Assembly (NCBI GenBank): GCA_035275065.1
Contig: DATENM010000023.1
Location: 71,215 to 135,214, forward strand
From: Blastocatellia bacterium
GTDB taxonomy: Bacteria; Acidobacteriota; Blastocatellia; UBA7656
Length of the DNA stretch: 64,000 nucleotides
Direction of reading: 5' to 3'
Below, piece after piece: positions 9,820-19,823 of this stretch. The translations under genes and the position numbers were made by a program. Within the stretch, counting starts at the first letter, position 1. Each line of letters opens with the position of its first letter. Under the pieces are notes generated by a model, which saw nothing but the letters and a program-made list of their open reading frames with translations, did not search any database and was not told the origin of the DNA.

Positions 9820-11712
9820 ATGAGCACCATGACGATGGCGCCGCAAACGGGCGGCCACCGCTGCAACTGCGGATGTTCCGACTGTATGGGTGAGTGCTGC
9901 GAGTTGGAGTATCTGGTGCAGCCGCGGTTCTTTTGTGGTCAGCTGTTGACGGACCAGGATCTCAACGCCCTGCTTGAATGGGTGAAAGGCAAAACGGCGC
10001 TCGCGCGCTACCGTGACGGCTGGGGAGTGGCCTGCGGACTTGATGTGCATTGCAGCGCGGGGCCGGGCAAGGAAGGGTTCGTGTCGGTGACTCCGGGATA
10101 TGCGATAGACTGCTGTGGCAACGACATCATCGTTCGCGAAGAGGCCGAGATAGACCTGTCGAAATACTGCCTTGTCGATGAAGGCCCTTGCAGGGACCGG
10201 GCTCCGATGTCCGCGCAAAGATCGGCAGCGCAATCGGGAACAACGCCCGGCACTCCGGGGCCGAATCTTAGTTTCGGCGGATGGGAGATTCAACAAAGCG
10301 AGGTCCAGGCGGTTGACCTTTTCATCGGTTACGCTGAGACCGCAAGCGACGCGCGAAACGCCCTTGCCAAAAGAGCCTGCGACGCCGTCGAAGTATGCGA
10401 ATACACGCGGACGCACGAGGGATATCATCTCTACGCGAAGAAGGCCGAACACTGCGACCATTCCGCTGAACGACGCGCGCTCGATTGGGAAGAAGAGTAC
10501 GGAAGAAAGCTCAAAGAACTCTTCAATGATCTTCAAGCCATCTCCACCATTGGCAATGCAAAGCAGAGGGTTGAGAGGTTGAGCCAGTGGCTCACGAGCC
10601 ACGCGCTCCACAGCTTCAGCTTCATCCGAGAATGGCTGTGCGAACTTCAAAGACTGAACGAACCGACGGCCGGCTGGTTCGAGAAGATGATCTTCTGGTT
10701 GGTGCAGGACTGGCGCAGCCATTACCTCGGGTGTGAATGTTACGGCTGCGGCCCCGACACGGGCGTGCATCTGGCGAGGGTATGGCTTTGGCGGCGAAAG
10801 GACGAGCGCGGCAGGGCTTACTGCAAGGTAATATATATCAATCCCTATCCGCCGTTCCGCCGCCCGCTTCAGAGGGAATGCTGGCCCGGCAGGCCCGGTT
10901 ATTTAAACGTCGCGCGCTTCATCTGGCAGCCTACCGACTACGTCGTAGGAGAGTTGAGCAGTCTTGGCTTTGGCAGTATTTCGACGGCGCCGTTTACATA
11001 TGGAAACCTCGAAGGGTTGCGCACGAAGTTTGCCGATGATCATCTGTTCGTGCCGCGCGGGGATGGCACGAGAGCCCAAAGATTGATCATCTATTCATAC
11101 CAGGACATCTGCCAGCAGAGCCGCGTGGTGCGTTTCGGGGTCGAAACGGCGCCCATCAGAACAGATGTAAACGTGAACGCTGCATTGACCAAAGAAGATG
11201 TGAAGCCGGTGAATCAAACAACCACAGGCACAGCCGCAAGCTCAGGCTCTACACCAACCACAGCCAACGCGGAGGATGCAAAGCCGGCTACCGGGCCGGG
11301 CTTAGAGCCGCCCGCTTCACCGACTACGCCCCTTGCTGATCCGACAGCGGGACCGCCGGTAAACTCAAACGGTCCGGCCTTAATTGCAAATAACAGCCCG
11401 GCCGCTGAGATAGTCATAGCGCCGGATGTCCCAATCACGCCAGCCGTTGCAAATCCGGTTGGCAGGACGGCAATTGACCCGGACACCCTTCCGCCAACCC
11501 ACCCCCTGCTTGAGATTCAGCAAGTGAAGGGTATCGGGCCCGTTTACGCGATGCGCCTCGAAGAGGCTGGCATTATGAACCTGCGAGACCTGTCCAAGAG
11601 CAATCCGGCCACAGTGAAGCAGGCGCTGGCCGGCGGCCCGCCGAATCGCCCGGCCGAAGATATTGTCCAGGAAGCCGCAGAGCGGATCAGAAAGTTGAAG
11701 GAAGGAACTTAA
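9820..11712 (+). CDS. Paralog 2 of four: shared N-terminal domain, Cys-rich N-terminus, Pro/Thr-rich linker and a C-terminal HhH-like motif
   Basis: 630 aa, starting MSTMTMAPQ after a GGAAGGAG RBS. It has a CNCGCSDCMGECC cluster and the shared domain (PRFFCGQLLTDQDL...YRDGWGVACGLDV...VTPGYAIDCCGNDIIV). A P/T/A-rich stretch follows. Near the C-terminus is LLEIQQVKGIGPVYAMRLEEAGIMNLRDL. Confidence 0.55.
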   Translation: MSTMTMAPQTGGHRCNCGCSDCMGECCELEYLVQPRFFCGQLLTDQDLNALLEWVKGKTALARYRDGWGVACGLDVHCSAGPGKEGFVSVTPGYAIDCCGNDIIVREEAEIDLSKYCLVDEGPCRDRAPMSAQRSAAQSGTTPGTPGPNLSFGGWEIQQSEVQAVDLFIGYAETASDARNALAKRACDAVEVCEYTRTHEGYHLYAKKAEHCDHSAERRALDWEEEYGRKLKELFNDLQAISTIGNAKQRVERLSQWLTSHALHSFSFIREWLCELQRLNEPTAGWFEKMIFWLVQDWRSHYLGCECYGCGPDTGVHLARVWLWRRKDERGRAYCKVIYINPYPPFRRPLQRECWPGRPGYLNVARFIWQPTDYVVGELSSLGFGSISTAPFTYGNLEGLRTKFADDHLFVPRGDGTRAQRLIIYSYQDICQQSRVVRFGVETAPIRTDVNVNAALTKEDVKPVNQTTTGTAASSGSTPTTANAEDAKPATGPGLEPPASPTTPLADPTAGPPVNSNGPALIANNSPAAEIVIAPDVPITPAVANPVGRTAIDPDTLPPTHPLLEIQQVKGIGPVYAMRLEEAGIMNLRDLSKSNPATVKQALAGGPPNRPAEDIVQEAAERIRKLKEGT

Positions 11713-11724
11713 CCTCCGGTAATC

Positions 11725-14244
11725 GTGATGGAAAGCAAGCGCGTCTATTATGTTGAAAGACAGCGGCTCACCGCCGCGGATCTTCAGTCCGAGCAGGAAT
11801 ACCTGAACGGGTTGGACCTGCGCCACAACCTCAACCAACACATGCCGGGCATCATTCGCGGTCTCCAAATCCGACTCGCCTCTGGCCAGTTCCAGGTTGA
11901 GCCCGGCATCGCGATTGATTCGTTCGGCCACGAGCTTTTGCTTCAACAGGCAGAGCCCCTATCGCTTAATGAAGGCGCCGAGTGCGTTGATACCTGGCTC
12001 ATCTACTGCCGCGAGCAGTCGCGGCTGCGTAAGCCCGGCCGCGCCCCATGCTCAGAGAATACTTTCGAGCGGTGGCGCGAGGCCCCACGCGTACTCGTTA
12101 CACCTGCTCACAAAGACAATGATCCAGAGTTGCCGGCAGAGGGTGCGGTTTTCCTGGGCAGGATCAACTGCGGGGACCGACGAGACATCGCCTATACGGG
12201 GTTGCGCGGCATAGGAGTCGCTGACCCCGGCGTGCGCGCGCTGATGCAGGTCGGCCCGCGTACGGATCGCGACCCTTATGGCTTTGTGTTGAGAGTTGCC
12301 GATGAGTCAGGCAACCTCGCTAAAAGAATCGCGATGGACCGGCGCGGCAATAATTACTTGTTCGGCATGGTGCAGTTACTCGATTGCCAACGGACGCTCG
12401 TTGTGCCATTGCTTCAGAATACGCTGCGCATGATGGTCAAGGCCAGTAAGCCTGGAGAATCTGGAAAGCAGATTCAGGTAATGATAAGGGAGACACAACA
12501 AGGGAATGAGATTAATCTGACATTGATTGACGAAAGCGGTACTCCGCAGCCCGAAGTGCTAACTGTCACGGCCGGCAGACCGCCCAAAGACATAGTAGAG
12601 GAGTTAAACAAGAAATCGGCACTGGCGACGTTCATCCTTGTCAACAAAGATACTGAACCCGGTGATGAGAATGTCCAGTTGCTGAGTGTGCAAGACGATG
12701 TCCACGCCATTCTGACCAGCGCCAGGGCAATGTTAGAGCTCGCCGACTGGTCGAAAGAGGCTCCGGCAGAAATCATACGGCGCGGGTGCTATGATCCATT
12801 GCCCAACGAGAGCTTAACTGATGGGGACGAGCCGAATGGTCTATCTTTTCGTCCTGTATCGAAGCCACCCAAAGGCACACCGCGGCCGAGAATCTACAGC
12901 GTAACAGTGCAATCCGGCGACCGCACTATAGAACGGCTGCGCCTTGATCTTGGCGAAAAGAAGGAAAACGATACCACCGTGCGGCTGTCGATAGGCGCGC
13001 CACCTCAGGACGATACGCCCTCCGGCATGTGGCTGTCGGTCAGCGGCAATTGCCTGGTTTCTCTCAACCCCAAGAAGGACCCAAAGGACGAGGACGAAGA
13101 AACCCTTCCCGCTAGAATCGAGGTAACTGGCTCGATTGAGCAGTCGCCTATAAAGCCCGACCCCACGAATCCACTCTTTCGAGATCTGCTCGTCGCCGCA
13201 TGGTTAGCCGGATTGCGTAGCTCGATTCAGGCTTCGACGACTATTAACGTTACCTTCGAGCAAGTCCCCCAGTTGATCGAAACCAAAAAGCCATGGGGCT
13301 ACACCGTGCGCCTGACCAACAACGAGAAAAAAGAGATCACCGCTGACAAGCTGCTTGAGACCATACCCGTTTCTAAGAAAGCGCCGATACGAAGCCTGGG
13401 GACGCAAGTCTCAATCCCTCCCAGCAGCAGCACCACCATCTCTGTGAGTCACGAGAAGGATGAAATCCCGGCGGGATTTATGGACATCGAAATCATGGCC
13501 AGCGGAAAGATCGGAAACTTCCCCTGGTGGAAATCCAACGAGAAGAAACATATCCCCGTCCTGGAAACGCCGGTGATCGATACCTCGGATGTCCCCGATT
13601 CGGTGCCGCCTTCGGCAACCTGGAGCCATGAATTCACTATCAGGAACACTGCTACGCTGCCCCTGACATTGAAGGAAGTGATCGTTACCGAAGATGCGAC
13701 CGTCCGCAATCTGTTGCCTATGCCGACCGAGATATTACCTGGGGGTGAGAGAGTTGTCGGGCCGGTCCCGCATCCAATCGAGGTAACGTCAGACCTGAGA
13801 ATCGCCTTATCCATGAAATACCAGTGGCAGAACGGCCCGGAAGATACGCTCTCGCTGGATGAGCCGAAAATAGTAAAAGTAGAACAACAACTCCAGTTTG
13901 TTGAGTTCGAGACCCCGGGCGAAATCGAAGTAGAAAGGGACTGGGCGTATGGGTTAAAGCTGAAGAACAAGAGTGCGATGCCGTTGACCGAAATCTCGCT
14001 CAAGCACAGGCTCATAAGCGAAAACCTTCCCGTAATGCCGTTTGTAGCCATACCCGATGTGCCGACAACTCTGGACCCGAACGAGTCCACGCTTTCGTTA
14101 CATATTGCCGGCGTCAAAGCTCCGGTTTCGACCCAGGACACGACAGTCCGGGTGGAGATCGAGGCGCAATACGAACGGGGCGGAAGGGCCTGGCTTTTGA
14201 AGCCGGTTTTCTCAGATGAGATCGAAGTCACCGATGGAAGTTAA
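11725..14244 (+). CDS. Paralog 3 of four: shared N-terminal domain with a long beta-rich C-terminal region
   Basis: 839 aa. Shared domain: RQRLTAADLQSEQEYLNGL..HN.......RGLQI....FQVEPGIAIDSFGHELLL. The remainder is unique. Confidence 0.55.
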   Translation: MMESKRVYYVERQRLTAADLQSEQEYLNGLDLRHNLNQHMPGIIRGLQIRLASGQFQVEPGIAIDSFGHELLLQQAEPLSLNEGAECVDTWLIYCREQSRLRKPGRAPCSENTFERWREAPRVLVTPAHKDNDPELPAEGAVFLGRINCGDRRDIAYTGLRGIGVADPGVRALMQVGPRTDRDPYGFVLRVADESGNLAKRIAMDRRGNNYLFGMVQLLDCQRTLVVPLLQNTLRMMVKASKPGESGKQIQVMIRETQQGNEINLTLIDESGTPQPEVLTVTAGRPPKDIVEELNKKSALATFILVNKDTEPGDENVQLLSVQDDVHAILTSARAMLELADWSKEAPAEIIRRGCYDPLPNESLTDGDEPNGLSFRPVSKPPKGTPRPRIYSVTVQSGDRTIERLRLDLGEKKENDTTVRLSIGAPPQDDTPSGMWLSVSGNCLVSLNPKKDPKDEDEETLPARIEVTGSIEQSPIKPDPTNPLFRDLLVAAWLAGLRSSIQASTTINVTFEQVPQLIETKKPWGYTVRLTNNEKKEITADKLLETIPVSKKAPIRSLGTQVSIPPSSSTTISVSHEKDEIPAGFMDIEIMASGKIGNFPWWKSNEKKHIPVLETPVIDTSDVPDSVPPSATWSHEFTIRNTATLPLTLKEVIVTEDATVRNLLPMPTEILPGGERVVGPVPHPIEVTSDLRIALSMKYQWQNGPEDTLSLDEPKIVKVEQQLQFVEFETPGEIEVERDWAYGLKLKNKSAMPLTEISLKHRLISENLPVMPFVAIPDVPTTLDPNESTLSLHIAGVKAPVSTQDTTVRVEIEAQYERGGRAWLLKPVFSDEIEVTDGS

Positions 14245-14271
14245 CCCGAGTCGGAAGGAGGTCCGAAATTT

Positions 14272-15525
14272 ATGACGACCGTGATTGTCCCGCGAGTGCA
14301 TTTTTTTGACAAACAGTTTTTGCGGGTGGACGAATTCAGAGATGAGCAGTTATACCAGCTTGCTGCCAGGCGTCGTCATAACGTAGCCCATCATTCCTGG
14401 GGCATCGTTCTGGGCCTGGAGATCGCGCAGGAAGATGGGGCGGTGATCGTTCGCCCCGGCATGGCTATTGATGGCTACGGGCGCGAGCTGGTGCTGCCCG
14501 ACAAGGAGTACCTTGCGGAGGGAGCTTTTGATGATCTAGGCGCAGACCGGCTCGATGTCTGGCTCGTCTATTCCCGCCGCGATGGGGAGGCTGCGCCCGA
14601 AGGATATGGTGGCTGCGGACCTGCGGGTGCGCGCGACGCTTATCGATCAGATGAGGTTCCACGGGTCATTGTCGAGAGGCCCGTTTCAAATACTGTTGAT
14701 GCGCGGCGTCCGCCGGGCGTGCAGGAGAGTGTGCTGAGCTCGAAAGTGCCCCTGATCTCTGACGATGATAATGACAGGTGGAGGGTCTATCTCGGCCGTA
14801 TCATTCGCCTTCCCGACGGCACGATTATGATCGATTCCGCGCAGCGGTCTTATGTCGGACTGGTAGGCGAGGTGATAGATCATCCGGCCAATGGTGCGCG
14901 CCTGGAGATCGGCAAACAATCGAGCAACAACGACAAGCGCAATATAGGTGAGGTTACATACGAATATGAGAAAGGCGAAGACGCTCAGCGGAAACAGTCG
15001 CGGCGCTTCGCTATATTCGTCCCTGAAGCTGACGTGTCGGGGTCGGCTGAACAGCAAGTGAAAATATCGCCTCGCTTCGACATTCTCCAAAGCGGAGTAA
15101 TGCGTATCCGCGGCAGAACTATAATCAACGGCAACCTACAGATCACCGATGGGGCCGTTCAGTTTAACGAGCCGGCCAGCTTTAGCCCGGAGAACGCCCC
15201 GCAGAAGCCTTCAATTTACCGGATAACATCCACAGCCGGCGGGGGCGACCAGTTACGAATAGACCTCGGCTCAGAAAACACTATCGACCGTGAGTTCGTC
15301 ATCGGGTTTTCTAATGAGGAAGGTGAGTTTGTCACTTGCCTCAAGCTAGAGCTGAAGGACAATGATCCAAATAAACTGACGCCACTCGTCACGATTAACG
15401 GAGACCTCATGTTGAATGGCGAGGTGGTAGGAGGCAATTTAGTTCCGCGCGCCTTGAGTCAGGAAGCCTTCAACGCCATCCTGGCAAGCTTCCAGGCGGG
15501 GGTCGCCGCCAGCAATAACGTATAG
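14272..15525 (+). CDS. Paralog 4 of four: shared N-terminal domain
   Basis: 417 aa. Shared domain: KQFLRVDEFRDEQLYQL...HNVAHHSWGIVLGLEI...VIVRPGMAIDGYGRELVL. The C-terminus is unique. Confidence 0.55.
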   Translation: MTTVIVPRVHFFDKQFLRVDEFRDEQLYQLAARRRHNVAHHSWGIVLGLEIAQEDGAVIVRPGMAIDGYGRELVLPDKEYLAEGAFDDLGADRLDVWLVYSRRDGEAAPEGYGGCGPAGARDAYRSDEVPRVIVERPVSNTVDARRPPGVQESVLSSKVPLISDDDNDRWRVYLGRIIRLPDGTIMIDSAQRSYVGLVGEVIDHPANGARLEIGKQSSNNDKRNIGEVTYEYEKGEDAQRKQSRRFAIFVPEADVSGSAEQQVKISPRFDILQSGVMRIRGRTIINGNLQITDGAVQFNEPASFSPENAPQKPSIYRITSTAGGGDQLRIDLGSENTIDREFVIGFSNEEGEFVTCLKLELKDNDPNKLTPLVTINGDLMLNGEVVGGNLVPRALSQEAFNAILASFQAGVAASNNV

Positions 15526-15545
15526 CAGGGAGGGGCTAGCGGTAT

Positions 15546-17564
15546 ATGGAACCGCGCATTGGACATTGGCACTGCCGCTACAGGCTAATAGGCGCGCGCC
15601 AGGAGGCTGCGCTTGCGGTCGAACGCCTTGAGCGAACGGTGCGGCCGCGCGTGTCCGCGGCTTATGCCGACGCCCTCGCCCACGCCTTCGAAAACGATCC
15701 GGCGGTCTATTGTCTGCGCCGCCTCAACGTGCGGCTTGTGCTCGACGGCGCAATGGCCGAAACCGAGGCGAACCTCGCACGTAGATGGGCCGACCGCTTA
15801 GGGTCTGCCGTGGTAACGAGCATTGCGCGTGACGGCGACCATAGCGACAACCTCGTTCGGTTCATGGATGAGCCTGATTATGTGGCGCACTTCCTCCTCG
15901 ACCTGTTGAATGATATGGCATGGCAGCGCTGGTATTACGGCGCGTTTTCAAAGCTCCGTGGTCGTCCGAAAAAAGAGGCAGTGCTGTTCTTATTGATGGA
16001 GCACCGAGAGCATCTTTCGGCAATCCTCCGGCGATTGGCGATCCTCGGCTGCCTCAGCCGAGTCCTCGCGCTGATTGACGAACCTGCCGCGCGCGCTCTT
16101 TGGTCCGAAGCTGGGGAGACTCGCGCCGAGCTCCACAACGCAGATGGGCATCGCATTTTCGTTCGCAGCGCGATTCACATACTCCGCCTGCTCGGCGTTT
16201 GGCCCACCTCAGCGCCTTCTGAGTCAGCCGTTCTTGAAGAGTACCTGAAGAACCGTCCATTGATGCCGGACTGGACGGACCGTCGCTCGCTTGCGGCAGC
16301 AGTGCTTAACGTAATACGCCACGCAACTGACCGCGCATACGTGTCGGGCTTGAACTCCGAAACCGCCGAGAAGCTCCCGGAAATCGGCGAACAAATCTCG
16401 TCGGAATTCGACTGGCTCGATGTTGAATGGCTGTGCAACGCGCTGTTTGCGATTCTGGCTAAAACCTTGCCCGAACTACGGCAGTCCACTTTGCCATCTC
16501 GCAATCCGGCAGCCACCCCCCTGCACCGCCAGATTGTCGAGCGCATCCGCGACCTGTTGCGGGCGGGCAAAGTCAGGCTCAATCTAAATGAGGCGGACAC
16601 GGCACTGAACGCTATCAGGCTCTATGCAGCGCTGGCGGCTGCCGACCCTGAGCTTGCAAGCCGGGCCGCCGCGCGAGCCGTTATCGATCACCTGTTGATA
16701 TGCGCCAGGTCGTTTGCGGAAGCTTCCGGCCCCCACACAATCCTGGCTGCGATGCGAATGGGCGGCGGCGCGCCCTCGTTCGCAATACTCCCTCGCCGCG
16801 CACAAGACGCACTTAACACGGCTGCAAGTTATGGCCCCGCCGCTGTAGAAGCTCTGGAAGAGATCATCGCGTCAAGAGTGGCTGGAGGCACAGAGGCTTT
16901 CACAAAGCGGTTTCAAACCGAGTGTGCGGGACTTTTTTTGGCGGCGCGAGCGATCATTGATGCGCGCATTACGCAGGTGGCCACGGCTTGCGGGGCGGGG
17001 CCGGTCTCATCTGTTTTGCTTGCCATCGGTATCGTATGGATGGGACCGCGCGCGCTTCGCGATACGATTACTGACGAGGGCCTCGCCTTCTGGTGCGGCC
17101 TTGCTCCTGAGGAGCATTGCGCCACAGAGATGCTCGCAGCCCTTGACGTTGAGGGTTGCCACCGACTTCTTGTGAAGGTGCGTGAGCTGTTTGAAGACCG
17201 CGCCGCGCTCTACTCGTCTCTTAAAGAGATTGCTGCGCCAGAATCCTGTCTGGCCGATTTGATCGCAGACCTGCCTCCCGGCGTGATCGTCAACGAATCG
17301 CTCGCGCTCACAGCGATCTACGCGATCAGACTTTGGGCGCAGTGGCTGCCCGGCCTGTCCGGTTCGAGCCCGCTTTACCTGCTGCGTAATATGTTGCGGC
17401 GAGCGGGCGCGCTGCAAATCAGCGATCATTGCGTAGATGTCCGTCTTCAGCCCGGCCCGTTCGACGTTGTGCTTGAGATGGCCTCCTACACGAAGGAACT
17501 CTCCGGGGTCACGTGGCTCGGAGGCCGGAAGGTTATCTTCCACATCGAGCGGAGCTCCGAATGA
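15546..17564 (+). CDS. Ala/Leu-rich helical protein in the Afp14 position; candidate tail-length (tape-measure-like) protein
   Basis: 672 aa with a predominantly helical composition, directly upstream of the AAA+ ATPase and overlapping its start. The assignment is by position and composition only. Confidence 0.35.
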   Translation: MEPRIGHWHCRYRLIGARQEAALAVERLERTVRPRVSAAYADALAHAFENDPAVYCLRRLNVRLVLDGAMAETEANLARRWADRLGSAVVTSIARDGDHSDNLVRFMDEPDYVAHFLLDLLNDMAWQRWYYGAFSKLRGRPKKEAVLFLLMEHREHLSAILRRLAILGCLSRVLALIDEPAARALWSEAGETRAELHNADGHRIFVRSAIHILRLLGVWPTSAPSESAVLEEYLKNRPLMPDWTDRRSLAAAVLNVIRHATDRAYVSGLNSETAEKLPEIGEQISSEFDWLDVEWLCNALFAILAKTLPELRQSTLPSRNPAATPLHRQIVERIRDLLRAGKVRLNLNEADTALNAIRLYAALAAADPELASRAAARAVIDHLLICARSFAEASGPHTILAAMRMGGGAPSFAILPRRAQDALNTAASYGPAAVEALEEIIASRVAGGTEAFTKRFQTECAGLFLAARAIIDARITQVATACGAGPVSSVLLAIGIVWMGPRALRDTITDEGLAFWCGLAPEEHCATEMLAALDVEGCHRLLVKVRELFEDRAALYSSLKEIAAPESCLADLIADLPPGVIVNESLALTAIYAIRLWAQWLPGLSGSSPLYLLRNMLRRAGALQISDHCVDVRLQPGPFDVVLEMASYTKELSGVTWLGGRKVIFHIERSSE

Positions 17565-19822
17565 AGTCCCACATGCCTCCAGAAGTCCTGCTGAATCGCG
17601 GCCCATACAGGCGCAGCGCGGAACACTTGCGCGACGAACTTGCACGCGTAGACCTGCTTGTGCGCGCGCAGGTAGTGCGCTGGCGTTTGACCATCGGACA
17701 GACAAAGGCGGAAGAGATGTGGGGCATGGTTTATGTGACCGACGCCGAGATTGACCGGTATATGAGTTCTCCTATCGCGCCGCCCGACCGACTGCCCGAA
17801 TCGTTGCTGCACGCCCTCAAGCCGTTCTGGGAGGCTGAAGCTTTAGCAGGCCGACAAATCCGCGAGAACGTGCAGGCCACGGCTTCTGAAGTCGATCTGA
17901 GGGTGAATTCACTCTCCACAGCATTTCAGCTAACCGACCTTGAGCGAGACCTCGTGCTGGTTTGTTTGCTGGCCGAACTCGACTTCCGCTACCGCCGCAT
18001 GCTCGGTTATCTCCAAGATGATGTTTCCCACAAAAAGCCGCCAGTTGAGCTGCTGCTCCAGATAATGCGCCCGCGGGCCGAATCGCTTGAAGAGGCCCGT
18101 GCGGCATTTGAGCCCGAAGGCACGCTTCTGTCAAAACGGCTTCTTGTCTTGAGCGGCGAAGATGACAATCGCGCAACGCGGTCTGTTCGGCTGGATGAAA
18201 GAATCGCGTCATACCTTCTCGGCTCGGACGGCCTGGACGCTCGCCTATCGAATGTCGTGGTGAGAAGCGCGGAGGCGGTGAAATGGGATGAGCTACTGTT
18301 TGATGATGCGCTCATCGCCCACCTGCGCCACCTGGCGGATTACGTGAGTCTCGGCAAAGCCATCCTGTTTTTTCACGGCCTTCGCGGCAGCGGTCGAGAA
18401 AAGGCTGCGCACGCCATCTGCACTCAAAACGGTATGCAGCTTCTGCGCGTGGACGTGGCGGCGGCCCTTCAGGAACAGACGCGATGGGAGGTTATCGTCG
18501 ATCTCGCGTTTCGAGAAGCGCGGCTCGCCGGGGCCGCCATTTACTGGGCAGATGTCGATCTTCTGCCGCAGGATGAGCAGGCGTCATATCGCGTGGATTA
18601 CCTGCGGCGCGCCGCCGGCAACTTTCAGGGGCTAACGATTCTGTCCGCAACTGTGGCGGGAGAAAGTTACGCGCAGTTTCGCACCTGCCTGCCTCTGCAT
18701 GTCGATTTCCCTGTCCCTCACTTCGAACGCCGCCGCAAGATATGGTTGGCCTATCTGCCGCCCGAAGATGAGCTGCCGAACAGAAATGAAATCGCGGAAA
18801 CGCTTGCCGGGGCGTTTCAGCTCAACGAAGGGCAGGTACGCGATTCGGTCGTCTCTGCGCGAGAGCTTGCGCGGCGGCGCGATGTCTTCAATCCGAAGGT
18901 TACGAGCGAAGACCTCTACGACGCCTGCCGTAAACAGGCCGGTCGTCGCTTGCTCGGATTCGCGCGGCGGATCGAGCCCTCGCGCAAGCTCTCGCTCGAC
19001 GACGTGATCCTGGCCGAGACTAATAAACGGCAGCTTAAGGAGCTATTGAACCGCATACGTCTGCGCAGCCGCCTCTATTCCGAGATGAAATTCGGGCGAA
19101 GCCTCGCCGAGCGCAAGGGCCTGCTGGTTTTGTTCGCCGGCTCGTCCGGCACCGGCAAGACCATGTCGGCCGAGCTGCTTGCCAGCGAAGAGGGGGTTGA
19201 CCTGTATAAGGTTGACCTTTCCGCCATCGTGAGCAAGTGGGTGGGAGAGACTGAAAAGAACCTCAACCGAGTATTTGCGGAAGCTGAGGACTCAAACGCG
19301 CTGCTGTTCTTTGACGAATGCGACGCCCTGTTCGGGCAGCGCGGCGAGATCAGAGAGGCGAAAGACCGGTGGGCCAACCTCGAAGTGAATTACCTTTTAC
19401 AGCGCGTGGAGGAGTATTCAGGGGTAGTCATTATGGCTACGAATCTGAGGCAGAATATCGATGATGCTTTCCTGCGTCGCATTCAAGTCATCATAGAGTT
19501 CCCTTCTCCGGACTCGGAATTACGCTTAAAGATATGGGAGCGGAGTCTCCCGCCGCCGCCACATTCAGACATCAGTGAAGACGATTTGCGAAACGTGGCT
19601 AACCGGTTTGCAATCACTGGTGGCAACATACGCAACATCGTGATCGATGCAGCCTTCCGCGCGCTGGCAGACCACCGTGCGGGGATTACTCTCCGCGACC
19701 TTGTGGATTCAATCGCGCGGGAATACCAGAAGATCGGCAAGCCTATCACTCAGGGAGATTTCGGCAAAGAGTTCTTCGGATGGGTTGTCGCTGATATCCT
19801 CTCTCCTCCCGCTGAAGGGTGA
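17561..19822 (+). CDS. AAA+ ATPase (Afp15 / CDC48-like eCIS assembly ATPase)
   Basis: Walker A is GSSGTGKT and Walker B is LLFFDECD, with a long N-terminal domain. The start MKSHMPPE overlaps the upstream stop. The ORF track offers an alternative start at 17513. Confidence 0.8.
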   Translation: MKSHMPPEVLLNRGPYRRSAEHLRDELARVDLLVRAQVVRWRLTIGQTKAEEMWGMVYVTDAEIDRYMSSPIAPPDRLPESLLHALKPFWEAEALAGRQIRENVQATASEVDLRVNSLSTAFQLTDLERDLVLVCLLAELDFRYRRMLGYLQDDVSHKKPPVELLLQIMRPRAESLEEARAAFEPEGTLLSKRLLVLSGEDDNRATRSVRLDERIASYLLGSDGLDARLSNVVVRSAEAVKWDELLFDDALIAHLRHLADYVSLGKAILFFHGLRGSGREKAAHAICTQNGMQLLRVDVAAALQEQTRWEVIVDLAFREARLAGAAIYWADVDLLPQDEQASYRVDYLRRAAGNFQGLTILSATVAGESYAQFRTCLPLHVDFPVPHFERRRKIWLAYLPPEDELPNRNEIAETLAGAFQLNEGQVRDSVVSARELARRRDVFNPKVTSEDLYDACRKQAGRRLLGFARRIEPSRKLSLDDVILAETNKRQLKELLNRIRLRSRLYSEMKFGRSLAERKGLLVLFAGSSGTGKTMSAELLASEEGVDLYKVDLSAIVSKWVGETEKNLNRVFAEAEDSNALLFFDECDALFGQRGEIREAKDRWANLEVNYLLQRVEEYSGVVIMATNLRQNIDDAFLRRIQVIIEFPSPDSELRLKIWERSLPPPPHSDISEDDLRNVANRFAITGGNIRNIVIDAAFRALADHRAGITLRDLVDSIAREYQKIGKPITQGDFGKEFFGWVVADILSPPAEG

Positions 19823-19823
19823 T

